DNA of 64,000 bases, taken from Bacteroides sp. Its GTDB lineage: Bacteria; Bacteroidota; Bacteroidia; Bacteroidales; Bacteroidaceae. The first letter of the stretch is position 1, and every line of letters begins with the position of its first letter. A program made the position numbers and the translations under genes. The notes beneath the pieces were generated by a model that saw nothing but the letters and a program-made list of their open reading frames with translations, was not told where the DNA came from and ran no database searches. Where the stretch lies: assembly GCA_047975405.1 (NCBI GenBank), contig JBKEDO010000032.1, positions 21,374-85,373 of the forward strand, given 5' to 3'. Positions 30,009 through 39,483 of the stretch are shown here, one piece after another.

Positions 30009-32342
30009 ATGTATAATATATATAGAGTGTCTTTTTTGTTTTTCTTTACAATGATGGCAATATCGTCTCTTCGTGGGCAAGTCATATCCGGGAAAATTGT
30101 GGATGATAAAAAGAATCCTATTGAATACGCTAGTATTATTGGTACTTTATTGTCAGATACAACCAAAGTTATTGCATCTACCTATAGTAAAGAAGGTGGA
30201 TATTATGTTTTGGATTGTTCTTTACATAAGGACAAAACTTTGAGATTGAAGATTAGTTTTGTGGGATTTCATACTTTTCAGATAGATGTACCCTCTAACT
30301 ACACATTTAAAGATCCAGTAGTGCTAAAAGAGGATGCAATAGGATTGCAGGAAGTCACTGTTTCTGCATACAAGAGAGCTATTACTATGACGGATGGAAA
30401 AATTGGAATTGATGTAGGAAAACTAACTTTAGGCATCACTGATAATTTTTTGGATGTGCTTAAGAGAACTCCGGGTATTGTTGTTTCACATGATGGTATA
30501 AAGGTTCAAGGTAATGAGCCACTTGTTATTATTGACGGGGTGAAACAAAGAATGCCGATGAATACCCTTCTTAACTACTTGAAATCACTCCCTGCTTCTC
30601 ATTTGAAAAAACTCTATATTAAAAGTGTAGCAACGGCGGAGAATAAATTCTCCGGAGAAGATGCAACGATTGAAATTCTTACAAAGGAAAGACCTAAAAA
30701 CGGTTACAATATTAGCAATACGATACATGGAGCCCTTCTGCGTAATGACGCATACAGGTGGGGGGACTACATAGATTTACGAGGTAAATACGGAGACTTA
30801 TCGGGAAGTACATCTGTAGGATATGCAAAATCTTCTCTTCAATCGGAAACAGAGGAAAGATATTCTTATGCACAAGTTGATAAGTTACAGAATCAGAAGG
30901 AAACCCATCAGAAGGATGCCTATTTCGGTGTGTTGAATCTCACTTGGGCACCTAAAGTTTTGAATGGAAGTTTGAATTATTTTGCATCTTACTATGTAGA
31001 TGATTTGCATCGCAAGAGTAAGGAAATATATAAAACGGATGAAATTTTAGATAAATCTACAGATAGAGATATTAATGATTGGACCGATTTATTGTCTACC
31101 AATATAGAGTATCTCTCAGCAGATACGTTGAGACATCAATTTAAAGTTTCATACGGTCTGCTTGTGGGTAGTGACAACTATGGTCAAATCTCCAACAGTA
31201 GTTTAGGTAATTCTTTTATGATTGACAAAAAAATGGGAGGGCATAGACATATCGTAGAAGCAAAATATAAGATGAATTTTCCCAAATTTGTATATACTAT
31301 CGGTAGTCAGTCTTATATCTCAAAAATGAACGAAACAGTTATATCTCAAAAAGAATCTGACTTCACTATGTGGGAAACTATCATGGGGCTATACATGTCA
31401 GGCAGATTTAGATTCCGCCAAGACTTGTCGATGTATTTGGGACTACGAACAGAATATGCACACTATAAATATCTAATATCAAATACAATATCAAAAAATA
31501 GAGAGTGGAACATTGCTCCATATTTAACACTGGATTGGAAGATGAGTAATAATTTCAGCACATCTTTGTATCTTACAATGAAAAATAATCGTCCCGGATA
31601 TTTCTCCATGCTTCCCGGAATTACTTATTATAGTGACAATGAGTACAGTGTTGGAAACCCTTACCTGAAATCTTCCATGCAATACGATTTTAAAATGCAA
31701 AATCTACTCTTTAAATATGTAGTTGTCACATTGGGGGCGCGTTTGAGATCTAACGAATTCGAAACAACCTATAATTTAGACAACAATGGAATAAGATATA
31801 CTCAACCGAAAAATTATGCCGACTTGTTATATCTTTATGGAGATATTTCTGTACCATTTTCTTTCCTTCAAGGAAAACTGAAGGGTTCGTTATATCTTTA
31901 TTTGAGAAATCTCAGTTATCGAGATGTGGTAAATGAAATTAAACCATCAGTATTCAATCTCAATAATAATTGGTATGGAAGTGGTAACTTATATGTCTCT
32001 TATCAAATAACAGACAAATTAGGCATATACATTAACCCTTTCTTTAGAACACAAAAAAAATCATTGCAAGTAAAAAGAAAAGGTATAATGAGCATAGACA
32101 TGGGTATGCAATACACCTTGCCAAAGAATAAAAATTTAGCCTTTGCACTTACCGTAGAAGATCTTTTCAATCAACTGAAAACTGAATCTTTATACAACTA
32201 TGGTGGGGGATATCAGGTTACAAACGCGATTTCTCGCAACACTCAGTGCGTTCGCTTGTCAATAACCTATAACATTGGGCGTAACAGCAAAAATATACGG
32301 GTGAATAAAAACGGGAATGACGCATCTAGATTCATGAAATAA
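30009..32342 (+). CDS. Outer-membrane beta-barrel protein (CarboxypepD-like + plug + OMP_b-brl_3-type barrel; TonB-dependent-receptor-like)
   Basis: Signal peptide ending ..LRG|Q, ISGKIVD..PIEYA, LKISFVGF, LQEVTV, LDVLKRTPGI plug, GNPYLK, alternating strands; start at 29994 or 30009. Confidence 0.8.
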   Translation: MYNIYRVSFLFFFTMMAISSLRGQVISGKIVDDKKNPIEYASIIGTLLSDTTKVIASTYSKEGGYYVLDCSLHKDKTLRLKISFVGFHTFQIDVPSNYTFKDPVVLKEDAIGLQEVTVSAYKRAITMTDGKIGIDVGKLTLGITDNFLDVLKRTPGIVVSHDGIKVQGNEPLVIIDGVKQRMPMNTLLNYLKSLPASHLKKLYIKSVATAENKFSGEDATIEILTKERPKNGYNISNTIHGALLRNDAYRWGDYIDLRGKYGDLSGSTSVGYAKSSLQSETEERYSYAQVDKLQNQKETHQKDAYFGVLNLTWAPKVLNGSLNYFASYYVDDLHRKSKEIYKTDEILDKSTDRDINDWTDLLSTNIEYLSADTLRHQFKVSYGLLVGSDNYGQISNSSLGNSFMIDKKMGGHRHIVEAKYKMNFPKFVYTIGSQSYISKMNETVISQKESDFTMWETIMGLYMSGRFRFRQDLSMYLGLRTEYAHYKYLISNTISKNREWNIAPYLTLDWKMSNNFSTSLYLTMKNNRPGYFSMLPGITYYSDNEYSVGNPYLKSSMQYDFKMQNLLFKYVVVTLGARLRSNEFETTYNLDNNGIRYTQPKNYADLLYLYGDISVPFSFLQGKLKGSLYLYLRNLSYRDVVNEIKPSVFNLNNNWYGSGNLYVSYQITDKLGIYINPFFRTQKKSLQVKRKGIMSIDMGMQYTLPKNKNLAFALTVEDLFNQLKTESLYNYGGGYQVTNAISRNTQCVRLSITYNIGRNSKNIRVNKNGNDASRFMK

Positions 32343-32483
32343 GTACTAATATGGAGAAAATTATCATACATTATTAAGAAATTATATTGAGTGAATTAAT
32401 AGTATTTGTACCCGTTTTAAGCGCTCTTTCATTTTTTTTCTGTTATTTTGTTTCTGAATACTAAAACCAGATCCGATTTATTT

Positions 32484-33473
32484 ATGCGCTATTCTGTTAT
32501 TGTACCGGTTTATAATCGTCCCGATGAGGTCGAGGAGTTGCTGCAAAGTCTACTCAACCAGACCTTTAAGGATTTTGAAGTCATCATTGTGGAGGACGGA
32601 TCGTCTGTGCCTTGTAAGGCGGTAGTCGATCGTTATGCAGAACGTTTGCAGATCCATTATTTTGAGAAGCCGAACTCTGGTCCGGGCCAGACTCGTAATT
32701 ATGGCGCTGAACGGAGCCAAGGCGACTATCTTTTGATTTTAGACTCCGACGTGATTATACCGCAAGGTTACTTCGAAGCCATTGAGAAAGAGTTGGCAAC
32801 AGCCGACGCGGATGCGTTTGGAGGTCCCGATCGGGCACACGATTCGTTTACCCCGGTTCAGAAAGCGATCAATTATTCGATGACCTCCTTTTTCACCACC
32901 GGTGGTATTCGTGGAGGAAAGAAGAAAATGGATAAGTTCTATCCGCGGAGTTTCAATATGGGGGTTCGTTCGACTGTTTACAAGGCTTTAAACGGATTCT
33001 CCAACATGCGTTTTGGTGAAGATATCGATTTCAGTATTCGTATCTTTGCCGACGGTTATCAATGTCGGTTATTTCCTGATGCATGGGTCTACCACAAACG
33101 TCGTACCGATCTGAGGAAGTTTTTCAAGCAAGTACACAATTCGGGCATTGCCCGTATCAATTTATATAAGAAATATCCGGGTTCGCTGAAACCGGTTCAC
33201 TTATTGCCCGGGCTATTTACTCTGGGAGTGGCCTTTTTCTTGGTAGGCAGCTTGTTCTGTCTCTATAGCTTACTTCCATTGTTGCTTTATGCCGTGTTGG
33301 TTGGTCTCGATTCGACCGTTCAAAACAAGAGTCTTCGTATCGGCCTTTATTCCATCGGCGCCGCATTTGTGCAATTAGTGGGATACGGAACCGGCTTTTG
33401 GAGAGCTTGGTGGGAGCGTTGCGTGTTGGGACGAGATGAGTTTGAGGCTTTTCGGAAGAACTTTTATAAATAA
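32484..33473 (+). CDS. Glycosyltransferase family 2
   Basis: YSVIVPVYNR, VEDGS, RNYGA, LDSD, GEDID; start trimmed to ATG 32484. Confidence 0.93.
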   Translation: MRYSVIVPVYNRPDEVEELLQSLLNQTFKDFEVIIVEDGSSVPCKAVVDRYAERLQIHYFEKPNSGPGQTRNYGAERSQGDYLLILDSDVIIPQGYFEAIEKELATADADAFGGPDRAHDSFTPVQKAINYSMTSFFTTGGIRGGKKKMDKFYPRSFNMGVRSTVYKALNGFSNMRFGEDIDFSIRIFADGYQCRLFPDAWVYHKRRTDLRKFFKQVHNSGIARINLYKKYPGSLKPVHLLPGLFTLGVAFFLVGSLFCLYSLLPLLLYAVLVGLDSTVQNKSLRIGLYSIGAAFVQLVGYGTGFWRAWWERCVLGRDEFEAFRKNFYK

Positions 33474-33529
33474 CCCTTTCCCGCCCCTGCTCGTTGCGAT
33501 CTGACTGGAAAGAAGATCAAAAACGAAGT

Positions 33530-34225
33530 ATGGAGGTTAAAACAAAACTAACGATTAATCATTGGGCGTCTCAAGATCGTCCCCGTGAGAAGATGCTCAC
33601 CAAGGGGGCCGAAGCATTGAGCGATGCCGAGCTGTTGGCTATCCTGATCGGCTCGGGTAATACTGAAGAGAGTGCCGTGTCGCTGATGAAGCGTCTGCTT
33701 CAAGCGTGCGATAATAATCTGAATACGCTGGCTAAGTGGGAGGTGGCCGATTTCTCGACTTTTAAGGGCATGGGGCCGGCCAAGAGTCTAACCATTATGG
33801 CGGCTCTGGAACTTGGACGGCGACGAAATTTACAAAAAGCCGTGGAGCGTCCCCAACTTCTTTGTTCGAATGCTATTTACCAACTGTTCCAACCGTTGAT
33901 GTGCGATCTTGATCGGGAAGAATTCTGGGTGTTGCTCTTGAATCAAGCGAATCGATTGATCGATAAGGTACGCGTGAGTACCGGGGGAATAGATGGTACG
34001 TATACCGATGTACGCTTTGTTTTACGGGAAGCTCTCCTGCATCGGGCCACACAACTGGCCTTGATCCACAATCACCCTTCGGGCAACCATCGTCCGAGTG
34101 TTGAGGACCGAAACCTGACCGCTCATATTCAAAAGGCCGCTGCGACGATGAACATCCGACTGATTGATCACGTTATTGTTTGTGAGAGTTCTTATTTCAG
34201 TTTTGCCGACGAGGGACTGATCTGA
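33530..34225 (+). CDS. radC: RadC/JAB-domain protein
   Basis: DRPREK..KGAEALSDAELLAIL, HNHPSG, LIDH; start trimmed to ATG 33530. Confidence 0.93.
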   Translation: MEVKTKLTINHWASQDRPREKMLTKGAEALSDAELLAILIGSGNTEESAVSLMKRLLQACDNNLNTLAKWEVADFSTFKGMGPAKSLTIMAALELGRRRNLQKAVERPQLLCSNAIYQLFQPLMCDLDREEFWVLLLNQANRLIDKVRVSTGGIDGTYTDVRFVLREALLHRATQLALIHNHPSGNHRPSVEDRNLTAHIQKAAATMNIRLIDHVIVCESSYFSFADEGLI

Positions 34226-34268
34226 GTGAATTTTATTCTTATATTTGCAAAAACAAACGAGACGTATC

Positions 34269-34583
34269 ATGATGAATAAATTTGAAATAGAAGAAAAGAT
34301 AGTAGAAGTGCTTAAGACGGTATACGACCCGGAGATCCCGGTGAATGTTTACGATCTTGGGTTGATTTATAAAATTGATGTTGCCGAATCGGGTGAGTTG
34401 TCTTTGGATATGACGCTAACGGCACCGAACTGTCCGGCGGCCGATTTTATTATGGAAGATGTTCGCATGAAGGTGGAATCGGTAGAGGGCGTAACTTCGG
34501 CTACGATCAACTTGGTCTTTGAACCGACATGGGATAAGGATATGATGTCCGAAGAGGCCAAACTCGAATTAGGGTTCTTATAA
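34269..34583 (+). CDS. DUF59/SufT-type Fe-S cluster assembly protein
   Basis: VYDPEIPVNVYDLGLIY, MTLTAPNCP, WDKDMMSEEAKLELG. Confidence 0.9.
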   Translation: MMNKFEIEEKIVEVLKTVYDPEIPVNVYDLGLIYKIDVAESGELSLDMTLTAPNCPAADFIMEDVRMKVESVEGVTSATINLVFEPTWDKDMMSEEAKLELGFL

Positions 34584-34640
34584 TGGGGCGTCTCTTATCA
34601 TCTGACGAATAATACTGATATCTTTTAAAACTGACCGTTC

Positions 34641-35408
34641 ATGAAGAATGTTTATTTCCTTTCCGATGCTCATCTGGGGTCGCGTGCGATTGAACACGGC
34701 CGGACACACGAGCGTCGGTTGGTGAACTTTCTAGAGAGTATAAAGCATAAAGCCTCAGCTGTTTATCTACTGGGGGATATGTTCGATTTCTGGTACGAAT
34801 TTCGCTTGGTAGTTCCTAAAGGGTATACCCGCTTCTTGGGTAAACTCTCCGAACTGACTGATCTTGGCGTAGAGGTGCATTTCTTTACGGGTAATCACGA
34901 CTTGTGGTGTGGTGATTATCTGGCCACAGAGTGTGGGGTGACCATTCATCGTGAGCCGTTGACGATCGAGCTTCAAGGTCAGGAGTTTTATTTAGCCCAT
35001 GGTGATGGGTTGGGCGATCCGGACAAGAAATTTAAACTGTTGCGTCGAATGTTTCACAGTGCCACTCTGCAACGTCTATTCTCAGCCTTACATCCTCGTT
35101 GGAGTGTGGAGCTCGGCTTGTCCTGGGCCAAACAAAGTCGCCTAAAACGGATCGATGGAAAGGATCCGGAGTATATGGGTGAACATAAAGAGTATTTGGT
35201 TCTTTATGCTAAAGACTATTTAAAGAATCACCCCAGCATCAACTTCTTTATGTTTGGGCATCGACACATCGAACTCGATCTGATGTTGTCGTCAACATCC
35301 CGTGTGCTGATTTTAGGCGATTGGATCAACTTCTTCACTTATGCTGTTTTTGATGGTGAGCACCTTTTCCTTGAGTCTTTTATTGAGGGGGAGACGGTAC
35401 CGTGCTAA
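34641..35408 (+). CDS. lpxH: UDP-2,3-diacylglucosamine diphosphatase
   Basis: SDAHLG, LGDMFDFW, GNHD, HGDG, GHRH and LGDW metallophosphoesterase motifs. Confidence 0.88.
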   Translation: MKNVYFLSDAHLGSRAIEHGRTHERRLVNFLESIKHKASAVYLLGDMFDFWYEFRLVVPKGYTRFLGKLSELTDLGVEVHFFTGNHDLWCGDYLATECGVTIHREPLTIELQGQEFYLAHGDGLGDPDKKFKLLRRMFHSATLQRLFSALHPRWSVELGLSWAKQSRLKRIDGKDPEYMGEHKEYLVLYAKDYLKNHPSINFFMFGHRHIELDLMLSSTSRVLILGDWINFFTYAVFDGEHLFLESFIEGETVPC

Positions 35409-35441
35409 ACAGAAAGATGGGCCAGATTTAAACCTCTGTGA

Positions 35442-35724
35442 GTTATTAACAATGTTATTAACAGGCTAAATCGTTGTTAGCTAGATTTTTGGTTTCTTTC
35501 GATTAAAACAATTTACTGACTTATTCACTGACTTCTTCACTGACTTCTTCGTTGGTTGATAAGCCGATTCATTTCTCCCCATAGATGTTTTTATGAGATT
35601 TATCTGCAACGCTACCACCTAGTCTCTCTAATAGCTTGATTACGAGTTAGTAATAAGGGTTGCAGATGATGTTGCAGATCATATTGCAGATCAAAGATCT
35701 GCCACCGATCTATGGTTCTCATAA
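35442..35724. repeat. Non-coding cluster of 12-bp-period tandem repeats and inverted repeats around IHF-consensus boxes
   Basis: GTTATTAACA x2 (35442, 35454); ACTGACTTmTTC x3 (35515-35550); TTGCAGATnAnn x3 (35660-35695) with inverted copies at 35602 and 35696. Confidence 0.8.
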
Positions 35725-35836
35725 GGTCACTCGGAGTGCTTTTTTGTCGTTTATTTTTATTATTATTACTAGCTGAAAATTATTTTCAGACGAAAGCGGA
35801 TTTATTTCCGAATTCGGGAACTGAGGGATTCACCTT

Positions 35837-35932
35837 TGAAACTTTAGTTTTCCTTGTTTGAAACTTCGTTTTCGGTTGTATGAGACTAAAGTGTCCTACA
35901 ATGCAACTTTTTGTTTCACCCTTTGAAACTGA
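35837..35932. repeat. 22-bp-period degenerate array of TGAAAC-N4/5-GTTTC-like palindromes
   Basis: Units start at 35837, 35859, 35881, 35902 and 35924. Confidence 0.75.
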
Positions 35933-36088
35933 TCGCGCTATTATTGGGGATTAATTTGCGCCCATATTTCCTTTGATTTTTCCTTTCTCTTGCTTCGTTT
36001 GTATGAACACCTAAAAAAAGTATTTGACTTTAGATAATTTCTGATGTCCTCTATTTTTGATTTTCGATAGGGCGGTTGTAGAACTAAA

Positions 36089-36119
36089 AAAAGGAAGACT
36101 TCATTTAAGTCTTCCTTTT
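36089..36119 (-). terminator. Intrinsic terminator after alkaline phosphatase
   Basis: AAAAGGAAGACTT-cattt-AAGTCTTCCTTTT with flanking A/T runs. Confidence 0.8.
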
Positions 36120-36142
36120 CATTTATCGATCGTTAGGGTCTA

Positions 36143-37543
36143 TTATTTGTATTGACCGGCTTTAGCAATACGCTTGGGGATGTCGGTGTTATCCATTTTA
36201 CCAATGAATAATTCGGCACCTTTACCAACAGCGTATACCGGAACATATCCGGCTGAATGGCTTCCACTAGCCCAGCTTACCATGGCAATTTCATTCAACA
36301 CTTCTTTAGCACGAGCTGCCATTGGCTCACTCTTGGCATATAAGCTTTCTGAAAGTTCGACTTTATTCTTGACAAACGATTTTTCATATTCGTCGTGAAG
36401 CTTCTTCTCTTGTTCCCAAGTTACAGGAACCTCTTTCCAGAATCCCATAGTCTCGCCCAAGAAGGTTTTCATCTCTTCCCAAGTCACTTTGTTGCCTTTT
36501 GAACGACGTAGCTTACTGATCTCAGCCGATAGCTCGTCGACCGAATGTTTCTGATATTGAAGTACTTTTAGGTTTAAAGCGTAGTCGCCTGTGCCTAAAG
36601 CGATGCCCCCTGTTTCATGGTCGGCTGTGACAACAATCAGAGTTTCTTTAGGGTGCTTTTTGTAGAATTCATAGGCTATTTTGATGGCGTTGTCCATGTC
36701 GACTACTTCATTGAACACTGTAGCCGCGTCATTGCCGTGGCAAGCCCAGTCTATTTTACCCCCTTCTACCATGAGGAAGAATCCGTTGTTTTTTCCTTTG
36801 GTTAAGAAGTTGATGGCGCTCTCGGTGATTTGTTCCAAGGTTAAATCGTCACTCTTTCGGTCGATTGCATAAGGAAGGGCGTATACTGATTTATCCTCTT
36901 TTTGCATTAAGATCATCTTTTGGGCTTTCCCGGCTTTTGCTTTGTAGTCTGCATAACCACGTGAGAGGGTGTAGCCTGCTTTTTCGAAGATTGGGAAAAT
37001 GCTTGGTGCTTCTTTCTTTGCGCTAGTGGTAGTGGGGCTTACAAATCCTGCTCCGGCATAAAAATCGAAATTGGCTTTCGGTAGATCGAGTGCGATCTCG
37101 TAAGCCATTCCGCGATCCGCCTGATGGGCGTAAAAAGCGGCCGGTGTGGCGTGGTCGATACTTACAGAAGTCGCAACGCCGACTTTTTTCCCCGATTTAT
37201 GTGCCTTCTCGGCAACACTTTCGAGTGCGTTCTTGTCTACGCCAACTCCGATGGCATGGTTGTAAGTCTTTGTTCCGGTTGCTAGTGCCGTACCTGCGGC
37301 TGCCGAGTCGGTGACTGAATTGGTCTTGGAGAAAGTCGTGGCCATACCGGCTATTGGAAATTGAGTGAAGAGTAGGGGCAGAGTGCCGATTTGACCGTTC
37401 TGTTGTTCGGCTCTATACATTTCAGTACCATTGACTTGGTTGACTCCCATTCCATCCCCGATGAAATAAAATACATACTTCGCTTGCCCATTTGCCGCGA
37501 TAGAAATCAGGACAAAAAGGAGGGCATAAATCATTCGTCTCAT
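36143..37543 (-). CDS. Alkaline phosphatase (PhoA family)
   Basis: FIGDGMG, VTDSAAAGTA, HATPAAF, EGGKIDWACH, TADHETGG; signal peptide. Confidence 0.95.
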   Translation of the reverse strand: MRRMIYALLFVLISIAANGQAKYVFYFIGDGMGVNQVNGTEMYRAEQQNGQIGTLPLLFTQFPIAGMATTFSKTNSVTDSAAAGTALATGTKTYNHAIGVGVDKNALESVAEKAHKSGKKVGVATSVSIDHATPAAFYAHQADRGMAYEIALDLPKANFDFYAGAGFVSPTTTSAKKEAPSIFPIFEKAGYTLSRGYADYKAKAGKAQKMILMQKEDKSVYALPYAIDRKSDDLTLEQITESAINFLTKGKNNGFFLMVEGGKIDWACHGNDAATVFNEVVDMDNAIKIAYEFYKKHPKETLIVVTADHETGGIALGTGDYALNLKVLQYQKHSVDELSAEISKLRRSKGNKVTWEEMKTFLGETMGFWKEVPVTWEQEKKLHDEYEKSFVKNKVELSESLYAKSEPMAARAKEVLNEIAMVSWASGSHSAGYVPVYAVGKGAELFIGKMDNTDIPKRIAKAGQYK

Positions 37544-37661
37544 TGTTTATCTATTTTTATGTTGTTTAGATTTTAAACACAAAGATAATAGTTAAACGGT
37601 AAGGTGACGAGGAATGAACTAAGAATTAAAAAAAATAGAGTTTTTTTAATACCTATGTTTC

Positions 37662-37696
37662 AAAAAAAAGACAGCCCATATCAATGGGCTGTCTTT
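37662..37696 (-). terminator. Intrinsic terminator after efp
   Basis: AAAGACAGCCCAT-atca-ATGGGCTGTCTTT with A-run. Confidence 0.8.
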
Positions 37697-37719
37697 GTAT
37701 GTGTGATGGAAATCTTATA

Positions 37720-38286
37720 TTAAGCTTTCACACGGCCAACGTATGAACCGTCGCGTGTGTCGATTTCGATCGTTTCGCCTTCGTTGATGAATAACGGAAC
37801 ACGTACTGTTGCACCTGATTCAACGGTAGCCGGCTTCAAGGTGTTAGTTGCAGTATCGCCTCTTAAACCTGGCTCTGTGTAAGTAATCTTCATCTGTACT
37901 TTAACTGGCATATCAGCGTAAAGAACAGTTTCTGTTGAAGAGTCAGACACCACTTCCAATACCATTCCTTCAAGAAGAAAATCGACACCGTTGATCAAAT
38001 CGTGAGCGATAGGGTGTTGATCGAATGTTTCTTGATTCATGAAGATGTAGTCTTCACCTTCTTTATATAGGAATTGGTATGGGCGGCGTTCTACGCGTAC
38101 ATCTTCCAACTTTTCACCGATGTTGAAACGACGTTCGAGAACGTATCCGCTAATAACGTCTTTCAATTTGGTACGCATAAATGTGTTACCTTTTCCCGGT
38201 TTTACATGAAGGAATTCGATACAGAAATAGAGCTTTCCGTCCATACGGATGCAAGTTCCGTTTTTGATGTCTTGTGAATTAATCAT
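37720..38286 (-). CDS. efp: Elongation factor P
   Basis: HVKPGKG, PGLRGDTA, VPLFI...IDTRDG. Confidence 0.98.
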   Translation of the reverse strand: MINSQDIKNGTCIRMDGKLYFCIEFLHVKPGKGNTFMRTKLKDVISGYVLERRFNIGEKLEDVRVERRPYQFLYKEGEDYIFMNQETFDQHPIAHDLINGVDFLLEGMVLEVVSDSSTETVLYADMPVKVQMKITYTEPGLRGDTATNTLKPATVESGATVRVPLFINEGETIEIDTRDGSYVGRVKA

Positions 38287-38342
38287 ATTGCGATGTTATT
38301 TTTATTTATATAGTTATTTCCTTTTCTCTGCTTTTCCGATTG

Positions 38343-38432
38343 CAAAAGTAATTTAATTCGTTAGAAATCACAAAATCTTTTGAGCAAAAATGAGTTATCT
38401 CTTGGTTTATTTAAAAAAAGTGCCTATTTTTG
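38343..38432. promoter_or_regulatory. Divergent sigma-A -7 elements for efp (minus, TACTTTTG 38343-38350) and rpmH (plus, TATTTTTG 38425-38432)
   Basis: Both match TAnnTTTG at typical distances from the start codons. Confidence 0.65.
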
Positions 38433-38475
38433 CAGCCCGATTACGTAGAATAATAACATAAAACAGTATACAGTA

Positions 38476-38637
38476 ATGAAAAGAACATTTCAACCCTCTA
38501 ACAGAAAGAGAAAGAACAAACACGGTTTCCGTGAGAGAATGGCTACAGCTAACGGCCGCAGAGTATTGGCATCTCGTCGTGCTAAAGGCAGAAAGAAACT
38601 GACTGTTTCTGACGAATACAATGGCAAAAAAGCCTAG
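38476..38637 (+). CDS. rpmH: 50S ribosomal protein L34
   Basis: Not in the ORF track; hand translation [53 protein letters not shown]. Confidence 0.98.
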   Translation: MKRTFQPSNRKRKNKHGFRERMATANGRRVLASRRAKGRKKLTVSDEYNGKKA

Positions 38638-38663
38638 TAATTAGCGTTTGTTTTAAACAACAT

Positions 38664-38699
38664 AAAAAAAGCAGAGCATGCATTGGCTCTGCTTTTTTT
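38664..38699 (+). terminator. Intrinsic terminator after rpmH
   Basis: AAAAAAAGCAGAGC...GCTCTGCTTTTTTT. Confidence 0.85.
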
Positions 38700-38791
38700 G
38701 TTTCTATCACAACCCCCTTTAACTAAGAGGGAAGAGATAGGTATTTTCAATGAAATTATAGTATCTTTGAGGCGAATAAACTTGAGAGCAT

Positions 38792-39454
38792 ATGACTATA
38801 AAAGATTTCTTTTCGATTAAGACTAATAAGTTTTTCTGGGTAAATATCGCGGCGATGATTGTAGTCGCCAGTGTCTTGTTGTTTGTAACGTTGAAAATAC
38901 TCGACGTTTATACCCGTCACGGTGAAGCCGTGGCAGTGCCCGATGTTAAAGGTCTAAAGATGGAAGAGGTCGTCAAAATATTCCGTAACCAGGGTCTGGA
39001 GTGCGTGGTGTCTGATTCGGCTTATGTCAAGAATAAAGCCGCAGGCGTGGTGCTGGAGATGACTCCTGAAGCCGGACAGAAGGTGAAAGAAGGACGTATG
39101 ATTTATCTGACCATTAATGCCATGAATGTGCCGTTGAAAGTGGTTCCTGATGTGGGCGATAATAGCTCATTCCGTGAAGCTGAAGCTAAATTGTTGGCTC
39201 TAGGTTTCAAGTTAGGACCGACTGAATTGGTCAACGGTGAGCAGGATTGGGTGTATGGTGTGAAATATAGAGGACGCCAGTTGATCACCGGCGATAAGGT
39301 GCCGGCTGGAGCGACTTTGGTGTTGATGGTTGGTGATGGTACCGGTGAAAAGTCTGCCAGTGAAGATTCGTTGGCGATCGACGAGACCGAAGGAGCGGTA
39401 GAACAACCGACTTCAACAACGACTAAAAATACAGAAGAAGAGAATTGGTTTTAA
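38792..39454 (+). CDS. PASTA-domain membrane protein
   Basis: N-terminal TM, YTRHGEAVAVPDVKG, two PASTA-like repeats. Confidence 0.88.
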   Translation: MTIKDFFSIKTNKFFWVNIAAMIVVASVLLFVTLKILDVYTRHGEAVAVPDVKGLKMEEVVKIFRNQGLECVVSDSAYVKNKAAGVVLEMTPEAGQKVKEGRMIYLTINAMNVPLKVVPDVGDNSSFREAEAKLLALGFKLGPTELVNGEQDWVYGVKYRGRQLITGDKVPAGATLVLMVGDGTGEKSASEDSLAIDETEGAVEQPTSTTTKNTEEENWF

Positions 39455-39483
39455 TTTTTTTCATGAGTAAGCAGGATTGACGA

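Noticed and set aside
32351..32377. Micro-ORF MEKIIIHY* just after the barrel gene as the stub of a deleted modifying enzyme
   Set aside because: Eight codons in AT-rich DNA is expected by chance and there is no diagnostic motif.
32484..33473. GT2 as a tailoring enzyme for the peptide (glycocin-like)
   Set aside because: Base composition shifts back to core-like here and the gene runs with radC-sufT-lpxH; it looks like a housekeeping GT2, though read-through cannot be excluded.
33530..34225. radC as a marker of a mobile element
   Set aside because: It is the full-length chromosomal type with N-terminal HhH region, in a housekeeping context.
35837..35932. CRISPR array
   Set aside because: Units are only about 22 bp with 6-7 nt linkers and degenerate repeats, and there are no cas genes; this does not fit repeat-spacer geometry.
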